Shown here in pieces: positions 56,201-64,000 of a DNA stretch of 64,000 bases. The position numbers and the translations under genes were made by a program. A model generated the notes under the pieces. The model searched no databases. It saw only the letters and a program-made list of their open reading frames with translations, and had not been told where the DNA came from. The DNA comes from Paragordius varius (taxonomy: Eukaryota > Animalia > Nematomorpha), in contig OZ176050.1 of NCBI GenBank assembly GCA_964247055.1, positions 372,001 to 436,000 of the forward strand. Reading direction: 5' to 3'. Within the stretch, counting starts at the first letter, position 1. Each line of letters starts with the position of its first letter.

Positions 56201-58603
56201 AATCCAAATTTGATCAGGTGATGTCGCCATAATTTTTTTTGGGTAGCCCTATGGTAGTTCCATCATCACCCCGAATATTTTGGGGATCGGAGTATAAATG
56301 TAATTTTTATGAATTTTTTAAATATTTAAAAAATTTATTTTATACGATTTTAAAAATAAAAATGGCTACCTAAAATCCAAATTTGATCAGGTGATGTCGC
56401 CATAATTTTTTTTGGGTAGCCCTATGGTAGTTCCATCATCACCCCGAATACTTTGGGGATCGGACTATAAATGTAATTTTTATGAATTTTTTAAATATTT
56501 AAAAAATTTATTTTATACGATTTTAAAAATAAAAATGGCTACCTAAAATCCAAATTTGATCAGGTGATGTCGCCAAAATTTTTTTTGGGTAGCCCTATGG
56601 TAGTTCCATCATCAACCCAAATATTGTCGAGATCGGAGTATAAATGTAATTTTTTTGAATTTTTTAAATATTTAAAAAATTTATTTTATACGATTTTAAA
56701 AATAAAAATGGCTACCTAAAATCCAAATTTGATCAGGTGATGTCGCCATAATTTTTTTTGGGTAGCCCTATGGTAGTTCCATCATCACCCCGAATACTTT
56801 GGGGATCGGACTATAAATGTAATTTTTATGAATTTTTTAAATATTTTAAAAATTTATTTTATACGATTTTAAAAATAAAAATGGCTACCTAAAATCCAAA
56901 TTTGATCAGGTGATGTCGCCATAATTTTTTTTGGGTAGCCCTATAGTAGTTCCATCATCTCCCCAAATATTTTGGGGATCCGACTATAAATGTAATTTTT
57001 ATGAATTTTTTAAATATTTGAAAAATTTATTTTATACGATTTAAAAAAAAAAAATGGCTACCTAAAATCCAAATTTGATCAGGTGATGTCACCATAATTT
57101 TTTTGGGTAGCCCTATGGTAGTTCCATCATCACCCCAAATATTTTCGAGATCGGAGTATAAATGTAATTTTTATAAATTTTTTAAATATTTAAAAAATTT
57201 ATTTTATACGATTTTAAAAATAAAAATGGCTACCTAAAATCCAAATTTGATCAGGTGATGTCGCCATAATTTTTTTTGGGTAGCCCTATGGTAGTTCCAT
57301 CATCACCCCAAATATTTTGGGGATCGGACTATAAATGTAATTTTTATGAATTTTTTAAATATTTAAAAAATTTATTTTATACGATTTTAAAAATAAAAAT
57401 GGCTACCTAAAATCCAAATTTGATCAGGTGATGTCGCCATGATTTTTTTTGGGTAGCCCTATGGTAGTTCCATCATCACCCCAAATATTTTCGAGATCGG
57501 AGTATAAATATAATTTTTATGAATTTCTTAAATATTTAAAAAATTTATTTTATACGATTTTAAAAATAAAAATGGCTACCTAAAATCCAAATTTGATCAG
57601 GTGATGTCACTATAATTTTTTTGGGTAGCCCTATGGTAGTTCCATCATCACCCCAAATATTTTGGGGATCGGAGTATAAATGTAATTTTTATGAATTTTT
57701 TAAATATTTATTTATTTTATACGATTTTAAAAATAAAAATGGCTACCTAAAATCCAAATTTGATCAGGTGATGTCACCATAATTTTTTTTGGGTAGCCCT
57801 ATGGTAGTTCCATCATCACCCCGAATACTTTGGGGATCGGACTATAAATGTAATTTTTATGAATTTTTTAAATATTTAAAAAATTTATTTTATACGATTT
57901 TAAAAATAAAAATGGCTACCTAAAATCCAAATTTGATCAGGTGATGTCGCCAAAATTTTTTTTGGGTAGCCCTATAGTAGTTCCATCATCACCAAAAATA
58001 TTTTGGGGATCGGAGTATAAATGTAATTTTTATGAATTTTTTAAATATTTAAAAAATTTATTTTATACGATTTTAAAAATAAAAATGGCTACCTAAAATC
58101 CAAATTTGATCAGGTGATGTCACCATAATTTTTTTTGGGTAGCCCTATGGTAGTTCCATCATCACCCCGAATACTTTGGGGATCGGACTATAAATGTAAT
58201 TTTTATGAATTTTTTAAATATTTAAAAAATTTATTTTATACGATTTTAAAAATAAAAATGGCTACCTAAAATCCAAATTTGATCAGGTGATGTCGCCAAA
58301 ATTTTTTTTGGGTAGCCCTATAGTAGTTCCATCATCACCAAAAATATTTTGGGGATCGGAGTATAAATGTAATTTTTATGAATTTTTTAAATATTTAAAA
58401 AATTTATTTTATACGATTTTAAAAATAAAAATGGCTACCTAAAATCTAAATTTGATCAGGTGATGTCACCATAATTTTTTTTGGGTAGCCCTATGGTAGT
58501 TCCATCATCACCCCAAATATTTTCGAGATCGGACTATAAATGTAATTTTTATGAATTTTTTAAATATTTAAAAAATTTATTTTATACGATTTTAAAAATA
58601 AAA

Positions 58604-61600
58604 ATGGCTACCTAAAATCCAAATTTGATCAGGTGATGTCACCATAATTTTTTTTGGTTATCCCTATAGTAGTTCCATCATCACCAAAAATATTTTGGGG
58701 ATCGGAGTATAAATGTAATTTTTATGAATTTTTTAAATATTTAAAAAATTTATTTTATACGATTTTAAAAATAAAAATGGCTACCTAAAATCCAAATTTG
58801 ATCAGGTGATGTCACCATAATTTTTTTTGGGTAGCCCTATGGTAGTTCCATCATCAACCCAAATATTGTCGAGATCGGAGTATAAATGTAATTTTTTTGA
58901 ATTTTTTAAATATTTAAAAAATTTATTTTATACGATTTTAAAAATAAAAATGGCTACCTAAAATCCAAATTTGATCAGGTGATGTCGCCATAATTTTTTT
59001 TGGGTAGCCCTATGGTAGTTCCATCATCACCCCGAATACTTTGGGGATCGGACTATAAATGTAATTTTTATGAATTTTTTAAATATTTAAAAAATTTATT
59101 TTATACGATTTTAAAAATAAAAATGGCTACCTAAAATCCAAATTTGATCAGGTGATGTCGCCATAATTTTTTTTGGGTAGCCCTATTGTAGTTCCATCAT
59201 CACCCCAAATATTTTGGGGATCCGACTATAAATGTAATTTTTATGAATTTTTTAAATATTTGAAAAATTTATTTTATACGATTTTAAAAATAAAAATGGC
59301 TACCTATAATCCAAATTTGATCAGGTGATGTCGCCATAATTTTTTTTGGGTAGCCCTATGGTAGTTCCATCATCACCCCAAATATTTTGGGGATCCGACT
59401 ATAAATGTAATTTTTATGAATTTTTTAAATATTTGAAAAATTTATTTTATACGATTTTAAAAATAAAAATGGCTACCTAAAATCCAAATTTGATCAGGTG
59501 ATGTCACCATAATTTTTTTTGGGTAGCCCTATGGTAGTTCCATCATCACCCCAAATATTTTCGAGATCGGAGTATAAATGTAATTTTTATAAATTTTTTA
59601 AATATTTATTTTATACGATTTTAAAAATAAAAATGGCTACCTAAAATCTAAATTTGATCAGGTGATGTCACCATAATTTTTTTTGGGTAGCCCTATGGTA
59701 GTTCCATCATCACCCCAAATATTTTCGAGATCGGACTATAAATGTAATTTTTATGAATTTTTTAAATATTTAAAAAATTTATTTTAAACGATTTTAAAAA
59801 TAAAAATGGCTACCTAAAATCCAAATTTGATCAGGTGATGTCACCATAATATTTTTTGGGTAGCCCTATGGTAGTTCCATCATCACCCCAAATATTGTCG
59901 AGATCGGATTATAAATGTAATTTTTATTTAAAAAATTTATTTTATACGATTTTAAAAATAAAAATGGCTACCTAAAATCCAAATTTGATCAGGTGATGTC
60001 ACCATAATTTTTTTTGGGTAGCCCTATGGTACATCATCACCCCAAATATTTTCGAGATCGGAGTATAAATGTAATTTTTATGAATTTTTTAAATATTTAA
60101 AAAATTTATTTTATACGATTTTAAAAATAAAAATGGCTACCTAAAATCCAAATTTGATCAGGTGATGTCACCATAATTTTTTTTGGGTAGCCCTATGGTA
60201 GTTCCATCATCACCCCGAATACTTTGGGGATCGGACTATAAATGTAATTTTTATTTGAAAAATTTATTTTATACGATTTTAAAAATAAAAATGGCTACCT
60301 AAAATCCAAATTTGATCAGGTGATGTCACCATAATTTTTTTTGGGTAGCCCTATGGTAGTTCCATCATCACCCCAAATATTTTGGGGATCGGAGTATAAA
60401 TGTAATTTTTATGAATTTTTAAAATATTTATTTATTTTATACGATTTTAAAAATAAAAATGGCTACCTAAAATCCAAATTTGATCAGGTGATGTCACCAT
60501 AATTTTTTTTGGGTAGCCCTATGGTAGTTCCATCATCACCCCGAATACTTTGGGGATCGGACTATAAATGTAATTTTTATGAATTTTTTAAATATTTAAA
60601 AAATTTATTTTATACGATTTTAAAAATAAAAATGGCTACCTAAAATCCAAATTTGATCAGGTGATGTCGCCAAAATTTTTTTTGGCTAGCCCTATAGTAG
60701 TTCCATCATCACCATAAATATTTTGGGGATCGGAGTATAAATGTAATTTTTATGAATTTTTTAAATATTTAAAAAATTTATTTTATACGATTTAAAAAAT
60801 AAAAATGGCTACCTAAAATCCAAATTTGATCAGGTGATGTCACCATAATTTTTTTTGGGTAGCCCTATGGTAGTTCCATCATCTACCCAAATATTGTCGA
60901 GATCGGAGTATAAATGTAATTTTTTTGAATTTTTTAAATATTTAAAAAATTTATTTTATACGATTTTAAAAATAAAAATGGCTACCTAAAATCCAAATTT
61001 GATCAGGTGATGTCACCATAATTTTTTTTGGTTATCCCTATAGTAGTTCCATCATCACCAAAAATATTTTGGGGATCGGAGTATAAATGTAATTTTTATG
61101 AATTTTTTAAATATTTAAAAAATTTATTTTATACGATTTTAAAAATAAAAATGGCTACCTAAAATCCAAATTTGATCAGGTGATGTCACCATAATTTTTT
61201 TTGGGTAGCCCTATGGTAGTTCCATCATCAACCCAAATATTGTCGAGATCGGAGTATAAATGTAATTTTTTTGAATTTTTTAAATATTTAAAAAATTTAT
61301 TTTATACGATTTTAAAAATAAAAATGGCTACCTAAAATCCAAATTTGATCAGGTGATGTCGCCATAATTTTTTTTGGGTAGCCCTATGGTAGTTCCATCA
61401 TCACCCCGAATACTTTGGGGATCGGACTATAAATGTAATTTTTATGAATTTTTTAAATATTTAAAAAATTTATTTTATACGATTTTAAAAATAAAAATGG
61501 CTACCTAAAATCCAAATTTGATCAGGTGATGTCGCCATAATTTTTTTTGGGTAGCCCTATTGTAGTTCCATCATCACCCCAAATATTTTGGGGATCCGAC

Positions 61601-63524
61601 TATAAATGTAATTTTTATGAATTTTTTAAATATTTGAAAAATTTATTTTATACGATTTTAAAAATAAAAATGGCTACCTAAAATCCAAATTTGATCAGGT
61701 GATGTCGCCATAATTTTTTTTGGGTAGCCCTATGGTAGTTCCATCATCACCCCGAATACTTTGGGGATCGGACTATAAATGTAATTTTTATGAATTTTTT
61801 AAATATTTAAAAAATTTATTTTATACGATTTTAAAAATAAAAATGGCTACCTAAAATCCAAATTTGATCAGGTGATGTCGCCATAATTTTTTTTGGGTAG
61901 CCCTATTGTAGTTCCATCATCACCCCAAATATTTTGGGGATCCGACTATAAATGTAATTTTTATGAATTTTTTAAATATTTGAAAAATTTATTTTATACG
62001 ATTTTAAAAATAAAAATGGCTACCTAAAATCCAAATTTGATCAGGTGATGTCACCATAATTTTTTTTGGGTAGCCCTATGGTAGTTCCATCATCACCCCA
62101 AATATTTTCGAGATCGGAGTATAAATGTAATTTTTATAAATTTTTTAAATATTTATTTTATACGATTTTAAAAATAAAAATGGCTACCTTAAATCTAAAT
62201 TTGATCAGGTGATGTCACCATAATTTTTTTTGGGTAGCCCTATGGTAGTTCCATCATCACCCCAAATATTTTCGAGATCGGACTATAAATGTAATTTTTA
62301 TGAATTTTTTAAATATTTAAAAAATTTATTTTAAACGATTTTAAAAATAAAAATGGCTACCTAAAATCCAAATTTGATCAGGTGATGTCACCATAATATT
62401 TTTTGGGTAGCCCTATGGTAGTTCCATCATCACCCCAAATATTGTCGAGATCGGATTATAAATGTAATTTTTATTTAAAAAATTTATTTTATACGATTTT
62501 AAAAATAAAAATGGCTACCTAAAATCCAAATTTGATCAGGTGATGTCACCATAATTTTTTTTGGGTAGCCCTATGGTACATCATCACCCCAAATATTTTC
62601 GAGATCGGAGTATAAATGTAATTTTTATGAATTTTTTAAATATTTAAAAAATTTATTTTATACGATTTTAAAAATAAAAATGGCTACCTAAAATCCAAAT
62701 TTGATCAGGTGATGTCACCATAATTTTTTTTGGGTAGCCCTATGGTAGTTCCATCATCACCCCGAATACTTTGGGGATCGGACTATAAATGTAATTTTTA
62801 TTTGAAAAATTTATTTTATACGATTTTAAAAATAAAAATGGCTACCTAAAATCCAAATTTGATCAGGTGATGTCACCATAATTTTTTTTGGGTAGCCCTA
62901 TGGTAGTTCCATCATCACCCCAAATATTTTGGGGATCGGAGTATAAATGTAATTTTTATGAATTTTTAAAATATTTATTTATTTTATACGATTTTAAAAA
63001 TAAAAATGGCTACCTAAAATCCAAATTTGATCAGGTGATGTCACCATAATTTTTTTTGGGTAGCCCTATGGTAGTTCCATCATCACCCCGAATACTTTGG
63101 GGATCGGACTATAAATGTAATTTTTATGAATTTTTTAAATATTTAAAAAATTTATTTTATACGATTTTAAAAATAAAAATGGCTACCTAAAATCCAAATT
63201 TGATCAGGTGATGTCGCCAAAATTTTTTTTGGGTAGCCCTATAGTAGTTCCATCATCACCATAAATATTTTGGGGATCGGAGTATAAATGTAATTTTTAT
63301 GAATTTTTTAAATATTTAAAAAATTTATTTTATACGATTTAAAAAATAAAAATGGCTACCTAAAATCCAAATTTGATCAGGTGATGTCACCATAATTTTT
63401 TTTGGGTAGCCCTATGGTAGTTCCATCATCTACCCAAATATTGTCGAGATCGGAGTATAAATGTAATTTTTTTGAATTTTTTAAATATTTAAAAAATTTA
63501 TTTTATACGATTTTAAAAATAAAA
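58604..63524 (+). repeat. 14-monomer unit (58604-60977) followed by a 15-monomer copy (60978-63524); deletion-rich
   Basis: GGTTATCC units at 58604 and 60978 (offset 2374). The GGTACATC deletion is at 60031 and 62578 (offset 2547). The five shared deletions (9+15+4+15+5=48 bp) account exactly for the offsets. Confidence 0.9.
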
Positions 63525-64000
63525 ATGGCTACCTAAAATCCAAATTTGATCAGGTGATGTCGCCATAATTTTTTTTGGGTAGCCCTATGGTAGTTCCATC
63601 ATCACCCCGAATACTTTGGGGATCGGACTATAAATGTAATTTTTATGAATTTTTTAATTTAAAAAATTTATTTTATACGATTTTAAAAATAAAAATGGCT
63701 GCCTAAAATCCAAATTTGATCAGGTGATGTCGCCATAATTTTTTTGGGTAGCCCTATAGTAGTTCCATCATCACCCCAAATATTTTGGGGATCCGACTAT
63801 AAATGTAATTTTTATGAATTTTTTAAATATTTGAAAAATTTATTTTATACGATTTTAAAAATAAAAATGGCTACCTAAAATCCAAATTTGATCAGGTGAT
63901 GTCACCATAATTTTTTTTGGGTAGCCCTATGGTAGTTCCATCATCACCCCAAATATTTTCGAGATCGGAGTATAAATGTAATTTTTATAAATTTTTTAAA

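Larger units (their letters stand above)
1..64000 (+). repeat. Tandem satellite DNA array, 173-bp monomer (172 bp with T7 instead of T8), about 370 head-to-tail copies
   Basis: ATGGCTACC recurs at 58, 231, 901, 1074 and onward with a 173-bp period to the end of the window. Monomers differ by a few substitutions or short indels. No unique sequence or strand switch was seen. The consensus has 45 G+C in 173 bp. Confidence 0.99.

Noticed and set aside
1-64000. CRISPR array
   Set aside because: The whole 173-bp unit is repeated. There are no unique spacers and no cas genes.
1-64000. Assignment to a named satellite family (alpha satellite, Drosophila 1.688, D. virilis 172TR)
   Set aside because: Only the length is similar. 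I do not recognise the sequence as alpha satellite or 1.688, and I cannot verify 172TR without a database search.
1-64000. T7/T8 run-length variation as sequencing error
   Set aside because: Run lengths are usually reproduced at matching positions in duplicated blocks and are needed to make the offsets add up, so most appear to be real. Isolated cases could still be errors.
1-64000. Hidden insertion, inversion, tRNA/rRNA or telomeric repeat
   Set aside because: Reading through, every segment aligned to the monomer in the same orientation. The largest insertions I saw were 1-2 bp.

Overview
The whole 64 kb window is one uninterrupted head-to-tail tandem array of about 370 copies of a 173-bp AT-rich (about 26% GC) satellite monomer, all on the same strand. 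I found no genes, RNA genes, transposon insertions or inversions. Consensus, starting at the ATGGCTACC motif (e.g. near 901-1073): ATGGCTACCTAAAATCCAAATTTGATCAGGTGATGTCACCATAATTTTTTTTGGGTAGCCCTATGGTAGTTCCATCATCACCCCAAATATTTTCGAGATCGGAGTATAAATGTAATTTTTATGAATTTTTTAAATATTTAAAAAATTTATTTTATACGATTTTAAAAATAAAA. This looks like eukaryotic (peri)centromeric or heterochromatic satellite DNA, but I cannot assign the species or family. The interesting structure is at two scales. Within the monomer there is a ~39% GC part and a ~94% AT part, a perfect 24-bp AT-only palindrome where deletions cluster, and several other inverted repeats. Across the array, shared variants reveal a patchwork of local higher-order duplications with periods of 3, 7, 9, 10, 11, 13, 14, 21 and 30 monomers, recombinant monomers that pinpoint crossover windows, two linked sub-family haplotypes whose ratio shifts along the array, and position-restricted variants that suggest layered expansion. 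All offsets were counted by hand from marker positions. I see no evidence of a protein- or RNA-coding system.
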